Shown: positions 43,937 through 55,753, numbered from the stretch's first letter. The stretch: 64,000 nt of DNA from Carpediemonas membranifera BICM (GCA_019828565.1 JAHDYR010000040.1:1-64000); one strand, 5' to 3'. Numbers and translations are program-made. Notes: generated by a model not told the origin, from the sequence alone.

Positions 43937-44728
43937 TTACTTGTTCTCACTCCGCCATAATACGTACTGGTCCAGCAGCACCGGCCAGCTCCCCTTCGGG
44001 TCATGTGTGCTATAGTCGCCGTTGGGGTAGGTGAGGATGAAATCCCAGAGGAGTGAGAAGGTGTCGAGCTTCACTGTCCGCACCTTCCTTTGGGTCCGCA
44101 AGAAGTCGATCCAGTCCTCCAGCTCGTTCCAACGGCCAGTGAAGAAGATCCGCCACAGGGAGGCGCAGTCCTTCTTCTTGAGAGAAGCGAGGTTCCTGGT
44201 CTTGTCCAGGTTGTACTTGTATGCGAACTCGTAAAGATCCTTGTGATCCTTATCAATCGCAAAGTGCGCAAGGCGGCCCTTAAGGTGCTCCTCGAGCTCG
44301 CCCACGGTGTGGACATTCGCCTTGGCCATACCCCGGATGAATTCATCGCGGGTAAACACAAACTGCGTCTCGCATTCGCCAAGCCAAGCAAAGATAAGAA
44401 TTTCAGTGCAGTTCTCGTCCAAGTGCAGGTCCTCAGCCAGCTGGAGCGTCCCGGACTCGGTTATGATCTCCGTGTCATCTACAGTCTTGCAATACTGCGC
44501 GAAAATGGCCTCCGCTTGTGTTGTATCGTATGCAAGAGTAGGTTCTTTTGCGGGTTTAGGCTCTGGCTGCGCCACTTGGTTCTGGAAATAGAGGTTTGCA
44601 AGGCTATTCAGGTCTGTATACTCGCCGCGGTGCTCGTTGGCGAAATTATATGCTGTCTGGTAGTTGGTGCCACCAATAGCTTCCATAAACATGTTCACAA
44701 ACTTCTTTGTGAGCCTCACACCTGCCAT
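43937..44728 (-). CDS. DCN1: DCN1-like cullin neddylation protein
   Basis: LIFAWLG.C....FTRDEFIRGM; LYEFAYKY; HDPKGSWPVLLDQYV. Confidence 0.9.
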   Translation of the reverse strand: MAGVRLTKKFVNMFMEAIGGTNYQTAYNFANEHRGEYTDLNSLANLYFQNQVAQPEPKPAKEPTLAYDTTQAEAIFAQYCKTVDDTEIITESGTLQLAEDLHLDENCTEILIFAWLGECETQFVFTRDEFIRGMAKANVHTVGELEEHLKGRLAHFAIDKDHKDLYEFAYKYNLDKTRNLASLKKKDCASLWRIFFTGRWNELEDWIDFLRTQRKVRTVKLDTFSLLWDFILTYPNGDYSTHDPKGSWPVLLDQYVLWRSENK

Positions 44729-45355
44729 CACTATGCAGTGTGAGATAAACTGCACCATTGTGAAACCCTACAGCACAAGCCTTTACTGCACTAGTAGACC
44801 CACACAGATGTAACCAAGTGGTTGAAGCTAGAAACGACGTTGTCCTCACTCTTCAGGCGGGTGGACGGGTGTTCAAAACAGGAAGAGCTTCGTGTCTGAT
44901 CCAGACCCGTAGTCGACGACACAACCCCGGTAGCTATTGATGCTACCAACTGGGACGCGGACGTCGACAAGCAGTCCCAGCCCCAGTACTCGGTGCACAC
45001 TCAGCCCATGCCGGCCGACCCACACACGGCCAGCCCTCCCCTCCCTTCATGGTGCCGATAAAGTAATACAACTGCATGCAAGCTTCGACTCTTCGTCGAC
45101 ATCGTCAAGCTCGGATGAAGAGGAGACCCGCGCTGAACGTAACAGCCGCCTGCGGGACGCATGGATGGGCCTGTGTGAGTCTGCCGTGTGCCCCGTGACC
45201 AGGGAGGGTCATGAGCGGCTGCTTACGGGCAGGATGCTGAGTGCGTCGCCCACCGACGTCGCAGCGCATCTCAGGCGCTTCCGGGAGGCCCACCGCATCT
45301 GCGGAGATGCGTCGTGGCATGTCGCCTGCAGATTTATAAATCCAAATGGATCCCC

Positions 45356-46615
45356 TCAATCCACGGTCCGCCACCGGACCTCGTCGAACTCCTCCTCAAA
45401 CCCGCGGGTACCGTAGTATACCAGCTCATCCCTGACCATCGCCTCGGCAGTAGCAGGCGAGTCCTCGCCCTCGGCGTTCTTGATGGGAGCGAACTCGTGC
45501 TCTCTAGCCACCATGATCACCCCGATCCGGTCAGCAAAAGTCAAGGAGTCAAAGATAAATTGCTCCAGCTTGTAGCCATTGGGGGTGGGTGGGTTGACAG
45601 TCTGCCCGGTCGCCTCGTCATAGTAGGGGATGGTCTTCTTGGCAACATGCCAGGGCAGCTGGTGAAGGGCGACCTTTTTGATGAACTCTACGGTGAACAT
45701 GTGGTTCGCGATGTTACCGCATGAGAAGAGCAGCTTACCATCTTCATCAGTGGCCCCGCGGAGGTCCTGCGGCAGCTCGGAGTACTCGGCGACAACCGTG
45801 CCACCGCCGTTGTGGCAGATGACGCCAATCTTCTCCTCGGGGCCCCGCTTGGGAATAGCCTTCAGCGCCGCGTCGTATCCGTGAGTTACGAACTGGCCAA
45901 CGAGTTCTGGGTCGCATATACGTGTGAGTGGGTTATCAACGGTAAATACGTGGATGTACCTCACCCCGCGCCGCTCAATGTCAAGCCAGGCTGTCGATGT
46001 ACCAGGGCCGTTGGGTCCGTTGAACAGAGCGGAGTAGAGCCCGCCGTTGCCGTCAGCTGCGGTGACGAGGCTGTCGGGACCAGACTTGAGCGGCTGATAG
46101 TCGAGATCGAAGCATGGCACCTCGCCCTGAGTGAAGAAGACTACCTGTGCGGGGTCGAGTCCGAAGAACGGTGAGCCCGTCCCGCCCGCCCCGGTCTCGA
46201 AGAACCGTCTCGTCTCGGCCTCGTTGTCCCTGCTGCACATGACATAGTAGGGGATCACACCGCGTGCCTTGCGCTGTAGAGCAAGGATGCGCATGGCCTG
46301 GATCTGGAATATGGAGGGTGTGGTGTGCGCGACGCCGATGGTGAAGGTGCCCTTTGGCTTATTGCAGCCCAGCCGGGTCCCCATGCCACCGGCCATCACA
46401 ACTGCGGCCACATGGCCTTCTTTGATCTCCTCGAGGCCAATTGTGTACCGTTTGCTGGCTACGGTCGAATAATTCACAGTGAGGACGTCGTCGGAGGGGA
46501 AAGGGTGGTATTCAGCCATCTTCCCGGAAGCAATACGATCGTTTTGTTGCTTGTGGATCAGCCTGACATCAAGCTCGGCAATTGAGCCTCCTTGCTTCTT
46601 TGCGAGCTCGTCCAT
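45356..46615 (-). CDS. UAP1: UDP-N-acetylglucosamine pyrophosphorylase
   Basis: MAGGMGTRLG..PKG, DGNGGLY, VDNPL, VAEYSE, GYKLEQFIFD, EFAPIKN. Confidence 0.95.
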   Translation of the reverse strand: MDELAKKQGGSIAELDVRLIHKQQNDRIASGKMAEYHPFPSDDVLTVNYSTVASKRYTIGLEEIKEGHVAAVVMAGGMGTRLGCNKPKGTFTIGVAHTTPSIFQIQAMRILALQRKARGVIPYYVMCSRDNEAETRRFFETGAGGTGSPFFGLDPAQVVFFTQGEVPCFDLDYQPLKSGPDSLVTAADGNGGLYSALFNGPNGPGTSTAWLDIERRGVRYIHVFTVDNPLTRICDPELVGQFVTHGYDAALKAIPKRGPEEKIGVICHNGGGTVVAEYSELPQDLRGATDEDGKLLFSCGNIANHMFTVEFIKKVALHQLPWHVAKKTIPYYDEATGQTVNPPTPNGYKLEQFIFDSLTFADRIGVIMVAREHEFAPIKNAEGEDSPATAEAMVRDELVYYGTRGFEEEFDEVRWRTVD

Positions 46616-47565
46616 TTCGGCTTTGTATAATATTCGTACTCGCGCATCAGTCTTAATCTGCCGGAAGATACCAGACCTGAATAGACGCCCCGCCGGACAT
46701 GGGAGGCGTAGCTGATCGTAGTTATCCCTACATATGCCGATGGCGTTCATCCATTCCCAAACCGTGCCCGCCACCCTCATGCGGGAACCACTCCTCCAGG
46801 GTTAGTTGCATGGACGGAGAAATCCACTTTCCATACGGGTACAACGCGTCCCCTGTGACAAGCAAGGTGTCTTCTGGCGTGCTTTCTGCGCCTCATCTTT
46901 GGCCTGGCTCAATACGATGGGAGGGGTGGATGCCGCGCTGATCGCGAGACACAGAGGCTGCTAGCAGATAGACTTCGGCAACCGCCGCTCTAAAGGCATG
47001 GTTTGTCGCAGGGTGACAGAGTCATTGGGCTTCTGACAATTCGAACGTGGTGCAACGTTCCAGATGTTGGGAACGGTGACTTCAGGTGATTTACAGAGTG
47101 CATTAGATGCCGCAGCTGTGTAATTCAAAGTAAAAGTTGCATACCCGCCACCACCGCAGCTGTGTTAGAGACTTTGTTATGCGTGGGCGCCAAAACGCTC
47201 CGCGAAGACTTACCTGCCGCCGCCAAAGTTGACTTCAGTCTCGTTAATCACCTCGAACTGAGGCTCTTTTGTTGCATTCCAGAAACCAAGGCTAAAACCC
47301 ATTGTTGTTTGTGTGGCAGAAAAATCTCGCTTGATCTTGCTTGAATAAAAGGGACGTGTGAAAAATCTCCACGCATCTTGATATCCTTTGACCGCCCATG
47401 ACCCACGTCTTCATGAACGAGTGACGCCGGAAAGAAAATTGGGCCGACCAAGAACGTCAACATGCCCCTGGCCAGGCCTGCTTGTTGTATTGCCCAAGAT
47501 AGTCGGGCAAGATCCCCCGGTCCAGCCAACGCAATCGTATTGCTCCACACAACACTGCATGGTCC

Positions 47566-47979
47566 TCACCTGCCGTCCAGCAGATGAACCAGGGCCAGGA
47601 GCACCAGACGCTTGTCCCTCCGGACATCGCCATACTTGAGCTGCTCCAGGAGGGTCGGGGGGCGAGAAGGTTCGCTGAATGTCTGCCTTGGAACTGCCTT
47701 GTGAGACGTGCTGGCCTCTACTTCCAGTTTCTCCTCGGCCTCGGCTTCTGCCTCCGTCTTGGCGTCCTCTTGTCTGGTGATCTTCTCAGCGACGCGTGCT
47801 CGCGTTGGATAGCGGGCCTTGCGCTCCGCAATATACTTCCGCAGGTCCTCGTCAGTTTCAATGATCGGAATGCGGTAACCTGCTGTCGAGGGGACGCCTT
47901 TTTGCTTCTTCTGAATGGGTCTGGATGAAGCAGTCTTCTTAGTGGTCGGTTTGGCCGCTAATGGTGTTGCTGAACTCAT
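47566..47979 (-). CDS. NUFIP1/Rsa1-like box C/D snoRNP assembly factor
   Basis: ETDEDLRKYIAERKARYPT..RVAEK and PTLLEQL...DVRRD..LVLLAL. Confidence 0.7.
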   Translation of the reverse strand: MSSATPLAAKPTTKKTASSRPIQKKQKGVPSTAGYRIPIIETDEDLRKYIAERKARYPTRARVAEKITRQEDAKTEAEAEAEEKLEVEASTSHKAVPRQTFSEPSRPPTLLEQLKYGDVRRDKRLVLLALVHLLDGR

Positions 47980-48372
47980 AGATTCCCCCTTATGCTCAGT
48001 AGAACGCGCATTGACGAGATTGGTTAAAAAGTCCATGTGATAAACTGCACCGAAGATGGGTACGGAGACGCCGACGTCGCTGAACACCGGACCAAGAAGT
48101 GTGAACTGCTATCCGATACAGCTTCCCTGGCAATCAAGGTCAAGGACCATACGCCTTCCTCACACGATACTTCTCATCGAATCGCGGCTCTCACCAGGCA
48201 AGGCTGACGACACCCTGTCCTACATGCGGCTCGGTCTACACACTCAGATCCAGGAGAGTCTCGGCCACCTCCGGTCAATCCCCTAGGTCGCGATCAGTCC
48301 GTCCAGGACAACAACCATCGCTTCCTATCAGCCTATGTGGCGCACTTTGCCCGCATGGTCAACCTGGCACTC

Positions 48373-48978
48373 CTAGAGATCGACAAGGACGATATCAACG
48401 TCCAGCGTGACCTGAAGCAGGCGCTGATTACCATACCCTGAACTTCCCGAACGCCAGTCCAGGTCCCTGATCGCTCCAGGCATCAGCACAGTCTCAGAAG
48501 ACTGACAGGCAAGGTACATTTCATGGGGTTTACTGGTAGGCGTTGGCCATAGGGGCGTAGTTGGCCGGCTGGTACTCGTTCTTCGCGGCAGCGTTCTTGT
48601 ACGTAACGATGCCCCAGTAAAGGCCTGTATAAAGGATAAACCGAAGAACAAACCGAATATGACATTGCAGACGAGGACAATGAGCCACGTGGCGAGGGCG
48701 GCGAGGTAAAGCACCTGGCCGACAAAGGGGATCCAGGCGACGACGATGAAAGCCATGAACCAGGGGATACAGAGCATCATCTGGACGATGCCGAGGACGA
48801 TGATATCAGAGTCACTGCCGGAGATGCCGCCAATGAGAGTCCCGAGGCCAGCGATGGGGACAACATTGAGAATGATGCAGATAAGAGCAATAGAGGGATC
48901 GATGTCGGCCTATGTAATGGATACGACGGGTATGAAGGCTGTTCGATGCACAGAGTATCGGAAACTGGTCTCCTCCAT
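48373..48978 (-). CDS. SPEC3/Stum-like small membrane protein; 42-nt intron 48910-48951; 3' end uncertain
   Basis: Spliced MEETSFRYS|ADIDPSIALICIILNVVPIAGLGTLIGG..LGIVQMMLC. The intron contains an in-frame TAG. Confidence 0.6.
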
Positions 48979-49223
48979 GTTAGGATGCGTTTCGACGCGA
49001 GCAACAGGGAATCCCGGTGTGGCGAGATCTTCCGATTGAACAGTGCGCAATATCCCTTCGCTACCCTAAACAAACAGTAGCCTGGTCCTTAACGGCAGAG
49101 ATAAAGGACATTCTGAAGGCGCTCACAATTGCGACTCAGACCCGACTCCAATCTGGAGATCTGGCAATCTATCGAGATACGCGATGAAGCAAGGCCGTCC
49201 AGACACATCCCACCATCTCGTCT

Positions 49224-50000
49224 TTACTCTTCGTTCGGCTCTGCGGTATTGCTTTTCGCGATGACGCTCTTCATCACAGTCCCGATCTGCTCGAGCAAAT
49301 CCTCCCCATCGCGGAGCAAGGACGTGTACAGCTTCGACCTATCGTCCCTCGCCTTGGTCCCAATGACCCCCGCGACTATGTCGATCCGACTCTCGAGGTG
49401 GCCGAGAGCAATGTACCCTGCCAGCGTCCTCTCGAGCACAGCAGGGTCCACGCCGAATGTAGACGCCATACGATCGATAGAGACATTCTGGTATGCGACC
49501 AGGAACTGCTTGAACGCCTTGACACGGCATGTGTGGAGGTAGTGGGCGGCATGGGGTGCCAGACGCTCGTCCGTCCGCATCCAGAGCGAGAAGTACTCAA
49601 GAAGCTCCACAAAGCGCGCATAGTTGCACTCATACAACGAGGACATGAATTCGCCGATGAGGGGCTCCGACTCGGACGTGACGGCGATGACCTCGGGGGA
49701 CTGGATGAGCTTCTCCTTCAGCTCGGCGCGGTCGAGGGTATACACACCGCACAGGCATGTGTACTTGATCATTTGTTCGAAGGACATGACGTCTGTGGCA
49801 TTAAACGTCTCTAGAAGTGAGATTAGAAGGGTTGCTGCTTTCTTGAAGTCACGGCGCTTCATGCAGTCCAATGCTTCAATCGCCTTCTGTCTGTTCTTCT
49901 TCTCGAAATCGGTAGTTTCGTTCTCTACGTTGTCAATGGTTTCTTCAGCCGGCATATGTGTTTGAGTCGATTGATGACAACGCCGCAGAATAAGGCCCAA
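49224..50000 (-). CDS. RPN7: 26S proteasome lid subunit Rpn7 (PCI), apparently N-terminally truncated
   Basis: DFEKKNRQK..RDFKKAA..LETF; TLDRAELKEKLIQSPEV; QFLVAYQNVSIDRMASTFGV; RIDIVAGVI. Confidence 0.85.
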   Translation of the reverse strand: MGLILRRCHQSTQTHMPAEETIDNVENETTDFEKKNRQKAIEALDCMKRRDFKKAATLLISLLETFNATDVMSFEQMIKYTCLCGVYTLDRAELKEKLIQSPEVIAVTSESEPLIGEFMSSLYECNYARFVELLEYFSLWMRTDERLAPHAAHYLHTCRVKAFKQFLVAYQNVSIDRMASTFGVDPAVLERTLAGYIALGHLESRIDIVAGVIGTKARDDRSKLYTSLLRDGEDLLEQIGTVMKSVIAKSNTAEPNEE

Positions 50001-50316
50001 CTCTCCTGTGCACCAGGACGAAGCTCTATTTGCCGTGGAAGGCGCCGAAGAGTGGCCTGGGACTAAGGAAGAACTCTATGAGATGGAGGCCAAGAAGCCA
50101 GAAACAACTCACGAGATGCCATATAGACGGCCTGGACAGTCCACTTCCCCTCAATGCCGTGTGACTTCAGCTTGGATCGTGACGCGATTACTCAAGTCTT
50201 GAACAACTCCACCCGGCGAGCCGACCTCGCCACCTGAATTCTCCGGCAAGAGGCCACACGCGAGACCGACTCAAGTGCAGTTCAACCGGGAGATAACATG
50301 TAATCTAGACATTTAC

Positions 50317-51777
50317 TTAGACACGAGGTCTAGTGGTGGCCATCTGCATGGCATCGAGAGGCATGCAGGCACGCAGCAGCTTGTTGCCATAGAGACCCTC
50401 GTCCAACAGGTACAACCACATGAAAGCAGCGGTGCTCATGCGGTACTTGTTCGCAGCAGCAAAGTCGGCGGGCAGACTGTCGACGTACCGAACAACCTGC
50501 TCCATGTGGGGCCCGAGGCTGGCTGCGATGTTGAGGCGACACTGTGCATGCCTATCGGGGCCGAACTTGACTATGCGACGAACCAGACGAATGGTGGGCG
50601 AGCACTTGGCCAGGGCAGGATCGTGTGGGGCGAGCCGCTCGGACCAGAGCAGGTTGGCCCTGATTGCCACTTCGAAGATGGTCATTGTACCGTCCATGAA
50701 GCTGTCATGGCAAGACTCGTAAATCTCAGTCGCGAAGTCAAAAACGGTGGTGTTAATCGACTCAACCAAGTCTGGCGGGGCGGCGAAATTCATGCTGTCG
50801 CAGAATGTCCGGCGGAACATGTGTGTCGAGGACACGGCAAATCTATTGATGCGATCGGTCCGGGTTAGCATCATGCAAACCCGGTTGACATGGTCGACCA
50901 GGGGCCAGTCGGACCCGGTAAAGAGCTCGGCGAGGGTCGGCACGTGGTCGCTCGTCCAACCGGGGTCACCCTCAATGAGCGGCAGTGCGGGGGTGTTGAT
51001 TCGGAACAGACCGCAGGGGGCAAACTTGGCGTGGATCATGCGGTAGATCTCGGCAATTGTCATCCTTGGGTCAATGGGAGATGGGGCTACGTTGGCAGCC
51101 ATGGGTGGGACAAGGGCAGACGCAGGGCCAGTGTTCTCAGTCTGGGGGCCGGGCTGAGCACCATCGCCGCTTCCAGAGGCCAGGGCTGGCAGTGTGATGC
51201 CAGTGTGTTGGCTCAAACCCACTTCGGTGACATCGGACGATGTAATTGGCTGCTCGTTGGAAACAGGAAGATGGGGTCGATCACCTTCTGTGACAGGCCC
51301 GTTCCCGAGGGCGTTACCACCAGGCAATGCCGCGGCCGTTGTCTGCTCGACCAACTCTGCAACAGAGCTTGACAAAGCTTCGCTAGGAGGTGCGAAAACG
51401 GCATTATTGCCGACTAGGATGGGATCTTGGCCCAATAAATTGGATGAGTGCGCTAACTCGCCAGTGGAATTTGTGGATCGCACGGGATCCGTGGAAGAAG
51501 AGTGGTTGACGCCATAGCACAATGTAAGAGGTTGGTAGCTCGTCTTATCAGTCAAATCACTGCATGGTACGGTCTCTTCGTGCCTAGCTTGCATCGGTTT
51601 GTCTTTGCGGAGCCAACAAAATTTTGCACTTGGGCGCGAGATCATCACAGGCGCCATGCGAGTCCAATCCCCGTTTTGGTAAAAAGTCGTTGCATATGCC
51701 CGAGGCACTGTGTACATACTAGGTGGGAGGCCTGTGAAAAAACGGAACGCGGCCGAGCAAACAGTGATCTGGTTCAA
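50317..51777 (-). CDS. Hypothetical protein (start uncertain)
   Basis: 486 aa ORF with a low-complexity middle and a helical C-terminus. Confidence 0.55.
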   Translation of the reverse strand: MNQITVCSAAFRFFTGLPPSMYTVPRAYATTFYQNGDWTRMAPVMISRPSAKFCWLRKDKPMQARHEETVPCSDLTDKTSYQPLTLCYGVNHSSSTDPVRSTNSTGELAHSSNLLGQDPILVGNNAVFAPPSEALSSSVAELVEQTTAAALPGGNALGNGPVTEGDRPHLPVSNEQPITSSDVTEVGLSQHTGITLPALASGSGDGAQPGPQTENTGPASALVPPMAANVAPSPIDPRMTIAEIYRMIHAKFAPCGLFRINTPALPLIEGDPGWTSDHVPTLAELFTGSDWPLVDHVNRVCMMLTRTDRINRFAVSSTHMFRRTFCDSMNFAAPPDLVESINTTVFDFATEIYESCHDSFMDGTMTIFEVAIRANLLWSERLAPHDPALAKCSPTIRLVRRIVKFGPDRHAQCRLNIAASLGPHMEQVVRYVDSLPADFAAANKYRMSTAAFMWLYLLDEGLYGNKLLRACMPLDAMQMATTRPRV

Positions 51778-52114
51778 TAGATCGAGTCATTAAAGCAGAG
51801 GCCGTACATGTTCATCTTGCGAGTGGCAAGAGTGCTGAACTAAGTGTTTTTGGCGAACAATCAGTCTCTACAAGAGTTTTTCCTCGATCTCATTGGTCAA
51901 AAAAGAGTCGCGATTCTGTCCATATCGCATGACGTTGTCACCCTTGCCGGCGTGACTGATCGTCGTCAAATTCAGTCTGGGCGTGGGACGAAAGGGCGGA
52001 CGGGCTCTCGCCGATGTGGCGCAGCTCAACCAGGCGGTATGCCCTCAGAGCGGGCTGTCGGGGCGATGTACATTGACGTCTGTCTGGTTGACCTTTATGT
52101 TGAATAATATGGTG

Positions 52115-53563
52115 TCACAAATGCTTGGCCACTGCCGCCGCCCGCTCCCTCTCCTGCAGCTCTACCCGTTCCCTCAGCCTCTCCACGCTGTTGGCCGGCC
52201 TCTGCCCGGGTAGTGTCGCGGTCAGCCCGGCCCACAACCCCGCCGCCACCCCAACCACCAGGGCAATGGGGCTGAAGGTGATGACCACGGAGTAGGGCAC
52301 GGTATGCCGGCAGAAGTAGGACAGCGAGAGCCCCGCCGTGTCCCGAGTGACAGGCCCGAAGGTAAGGAACAGCAGATGGATGAGGCCGAAGTCGGCCACA
52401 AGCAGCAACGTTGCCAGGCCTATGATATACGTCGCCGGGGTCGACCTGCTTCCGACTCCGAGGTAGCCAAGGACGCGCAGGCCCGGGATGACGTAACTCA
52501 ACACCAGAACGATGAAGGCCAGCGCCACGCACTCTCTGACTGGTGTGATCATAGCCCGGTACACCAGCAGGTGCTGCATGGACACGTCGGTCAGAACGAG
52601 GGTTAGGAAGAGAGGGATGGTCGCAACCAGGACGAGACGGGTCGAGGCGACGAGCACCTGGAAGTACGCCCCAAGTACGTTATACAGCTTGTGCCGGGAC
52701 GCTATGACATGGAAGATGTCGGCCTCGATGTCGTTGACTGCTTGGTCGAACCGCTGCCGGGTCCTGTTATGCCTCACCCGGCCCCGTACAGTCAAGCCCT
52801 CCTCACGCTCAACGACGAGCTGCTGATAAACCTTGGTCAGATGCTCCCCGCGCTCCTTGATGGACTTCATAGAGAGACGGAACACAGCCTCTGAGATTGC
52901 CTTGGGTCGACTCCGCCACAGTCGCCACGAGACGGCAGGGCCCCTGCCCAGACCGTATCCAGCCAGGAGGTAGAGCACAATAACGCCTATCGTGGTGAGC
53001 AGCACAAAGGCGCCAGTGGGAATCGACGGGGGAATGGCCATTACGGCATCGTCGAAGGTCAACTCAACAATGGTTGTGATGGGGTTGGCATTGTCATCAA
53101 CGTAGCCCGATGTCTGTACTGGCACTGGCACGATTGCATACGACAGGAACATCGTGAGCGCCACGATCCCGGCGACGACAACGCCTGCCAGCGTCAGCAC
53201 GGCGAGTACTAGGAGCAGCTTGGTCCGAACCCTCCGCTTAATCCCGTACGAGTCATACGAGATCAGACTCAGGGGAAGCACAAGCAGGGCTGACACGCCC
53301 GTGGCGAGCGTGACGGAGTAGTACAGGACCGAGCCGATAGTGATGGAGAGTGGGAGGAATTCGGCAACGAGGAAGTCGATGATGACCAGAAATGGGGTGA
53401 ATATAGCTAGTGCGAGTACCGTTGCTGCGCCTAGTATGTGGAGCGGCGCGGCGTCGTGTGTTTTCAGCCGCTTAATGATAAGTATGCTGAGAAAGAAGGA
53501 GAACGTAGCCCAACAAAGGCTGATTATGGATATAGCAACACCAGCGACGGCCTGTTGCCACAT
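52115..53563 (-). CDS. LMBR1-like multi-pass membrane protein
   Basis: Five TM segments, LLAGYGLGRGP, long cytosolic helical loop, then further TMs. Confidence 0.65.
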   Translation of the reverse strand: MWQQAVAGVAISIISLCWATFSFFLSILIIKRLKTHDAAPLHILGAATVLALAIFTPFLVIIDFLVAEFLPLSITIGSVLYYSVTLATGVSALLVLPLSLISYDSYGIKRRVRTKLLLVLAVLTLAGVVVAGIVALTMFLSYAIVPVPVQTSGYVDDNANPITTIVELTFDDAVMAIPPSIPTGAFVLLTTIGVIVLYLLAGYGLGRGPAVSWRLWRSRPKAISEAVFRLSMKSIKERGEHLTKVYQQLVVEREEGLTVRGRVRHNRTRQRFDQAVNDIEADIFHVIASRHKLYNVLGAYFQVLVASTRLVLVATIPLFLTLVLTDVSMQHLLVYRAMITPVRECVALAFIVLVLSYVIPGLRVLGYLGVGSRSTPATYIIGLATLLLVADFGLIHLLFLTFGPVTRDTAGLSLSYFCRHTVPYSVVITFSPIALVVGVAAGLWAGLTATLPGQRPANSVERLRERVELQERERAAAVAKHL

Positions 53564-53641
53564 TTCCAGCTAAATGGTCCAACAAGTCTTGTTATCCAAG
53601 CCACATGTCACGTCCTAAGCCTGCCAGTTTAAAAATCTAAC

Positions 53642-54424
53642 CTAGTTGCCTAGCCGCCCCTTCACCGTGTCACTAACCACCCGCTGGATCCCGCCCGCCC
53701 GCCCTGGCCGGGTGAGCGTGTTTTGATTGACGAGCCCGAGGCCCTCCGCGCCCTTGGCTGCACGTAGCAAGCAATTCAGCACCTGGGCAATCTCTTCGGC
53801 CATACTGTGCCCGTCCTCAACCTCTGTAGGCACCAGGTAGAGCTTGGCGCGGTCTCCATGGGGCTTGTCCTCGGCCATGACGACCTTGACGCCGTAGTGG
53901 TCCCTCTCGCGGTGGAAGCTGCCGTAGTGGACATACGCAACGTCCTCGAATGGGAAGCGCTTGCTACGCTTCACAGCTCCTCCTGCAGTCTTAATATGAT
54001 ACAGGGCGGCGTCTGTGAAGATGGCGACACGGTCGGACACCTTATTGTACTGGTTGATGCACTGCAGCACGTATCCCTTAATATACAGCTCATTATCCTC
54101 CTGTTGTGTCGCTATTTCTTCCTTGCACTTCTCAATAACCTCAATATCCTCGGCAGATGGCGTGCATCCTGCGGTGGCAGAACCAAGCATATCAGCGAGC
54201 TTAACAACGTCACCAGCAAGTACGCATTCATTAAATTCCCTCTTTGTCGTTGAATAACGTACGCTGTGCATCGATTGAGAAGAGCAAGCGCCTGTTTTGT
54301 TTTTGATGCCATAAACTGCGTTTGATCCAATCAAACCACTCTGGACCATCATCCCCGGTGACAGTAACAGGGCCGAGGAAGCTGATTCGTTCGCCGTGGA
54401 GTAGAAACATGAGGCATCATTCAT
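53642..54424 (-). CDS. Hypothetical protein with C-terminal PH-like (hSac2-like) domain
   Basis: CINQYNKVSDRVAIFTDAALYHIK...KRFPFEDV..V.YG. Confidence 0.55.
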   Translation of the reverse strand: MNDASCFYSTANESASSALLLSPGMMVQSGLIGSNAVYGIKNKTGACSSQSMHSVRYSTTKREFNECVLAGDVVKLADMLGSATAGCTPSAEDIEVIEKCKEEIATQQEDNELYIKGYVLQCINQYNKVSDRVAIFTDAALYHIKTAGGAVKRSKRFPFEDVAYVHYGSFHRERDHYGVKVVMAEDKPHGDRAKLYLVPTEVEDGHSMAEEIAQVLNCLLRAAKGAEGLGLVNQNTLTRPGRAGGIQRVVSDTVKGRLGN

Positions 54425-54793
54425 TCGCTTGGCCTCGTAGTTTTTTTCGCGAGGCGGGCGTCGGGCGGCACCGCTTTACGAGCGGCCCATAAACCGACTT
54501 AGCAGCGACGATCCCGTGACAAACCTACTAGATGAAGCTCGTGAAAGAACGGTGCAGTTCTAGGTCGACCTGACTCGTCTGGAGCCCTCTGCGACCCCGG
54601 AACACCTGCCTCCATCCCGTCGGCCTCGACTGGTCTGGACGAGCTACAGGCTCTGCTTGAGACACCAGCGTCACCCTCCACAGCCACTGCTGACCCACGT
54701 CCAAGTGTGAAGGAGAGTCGAGGACCCGCCCCCGGTGCATCTGCTGGCGATCAAATTTAATGGGAAAATCATGCTGCATCCCTTGCTATCATA

Positions 54794-55521
54794 CTATTTC
54801 ACCACCGGCATCTCGAGCACTAGCCGACCGCCCCTGTAGTCAGCGCTAACGGCCTCCGCGTCCACCGGGAACGCGAGGGGCAGCTCTAGTTGGTACTGCC
54901 CGGGGACTACGAGCTCCACCCACTGCGGCTCGACGTCCAGGTCGATGTCCTCGATGCGGGGCTGGGCCGGGAGGGCCACGGTCAGCCTGATGGCGTCCGG
55001 TGTCCCCGACTTAACCTTAAACTGAACACTAAAATGGTCAGACCAGTTGAGGGCCTCCTTGTATGCCACGGAGTACTCGGGGGTCTCCGGCTCCGTCTTG
55101 GAGGCCGGCCTGGACGCGGTCACCTGAATCATGGGCTTGCCCAGGGATGGGGCCTGCACAGGCTTGGTAGGCTGCGGCTGAGCTACCTTCTTCGGCTGCT
55201 GCTTAGGCTGCGCGGGCTTGCGCTGGACGGGCCTAGCGGCGGCCTTTGAGGGCTTCTGCTGTGTTGCAGACTGTGTGAACTCGGCGACCTCCTGCTGCCA
55301 GATCTTGGGGTCGTTCCTGTTCTGCTCTTCGAGCTTCCTGATCTCCTCGCTATACTTCTGTGTGAAAGGGGGCTGAGAAAACGGACCAAGAAGTTTTCCG
55401 GGTCACTGATCTGCTTGGCGTAGTCGGCAAAAAGCTCAACGAACTTCGGGTCCTTGAAGCACTCCTTTATCCTATTCGCTTCCTTCTGACTGATCTTGAA
55501 GTCTTCCTTTTCGCCGCTCAT
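54794..55521 (-). CDS. DNAAF2: Kintoun/DNAAF2-like dynein assembly factor, short form (232 aa); 29-nt intron 55358-55386
   Basis: RIKECFKDPKFVELFADYAKQISDPENFL|KYSEEIRKLE; C-terminal CS domain YQLELPLAFPVD..LVLEMPVV. Confidence 0.75.
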
Positions 55522-55753
55522 TGCTTAAGTGCAGCTTATGCTAATCGACCGGGCTTAATGTGTCTGGACGTGTGTCTTTTGGTCTTCCTCGGTCCTCGTG
55601 GGTATGTCTGCTCACTTTGTTCCCCCCTGATTGCTGGGGGAAAGAGGGAAGTCCAGATGTTGGCTGAACAGGGTGACGTTCCGTTTATAAAGACACAGCC
55701 AAAGACTTGTCTGTGTTAATGCATCGTAAGATGGCTAATAAGACTCTTGGCCC

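Noticed and set aside
44850-45350. ORF 44937-45416 (and similar 48056-48286, 50008-50202) as genes
   Set aside because: Mosaic appearance, probably TE remnants; no family can be assigned.
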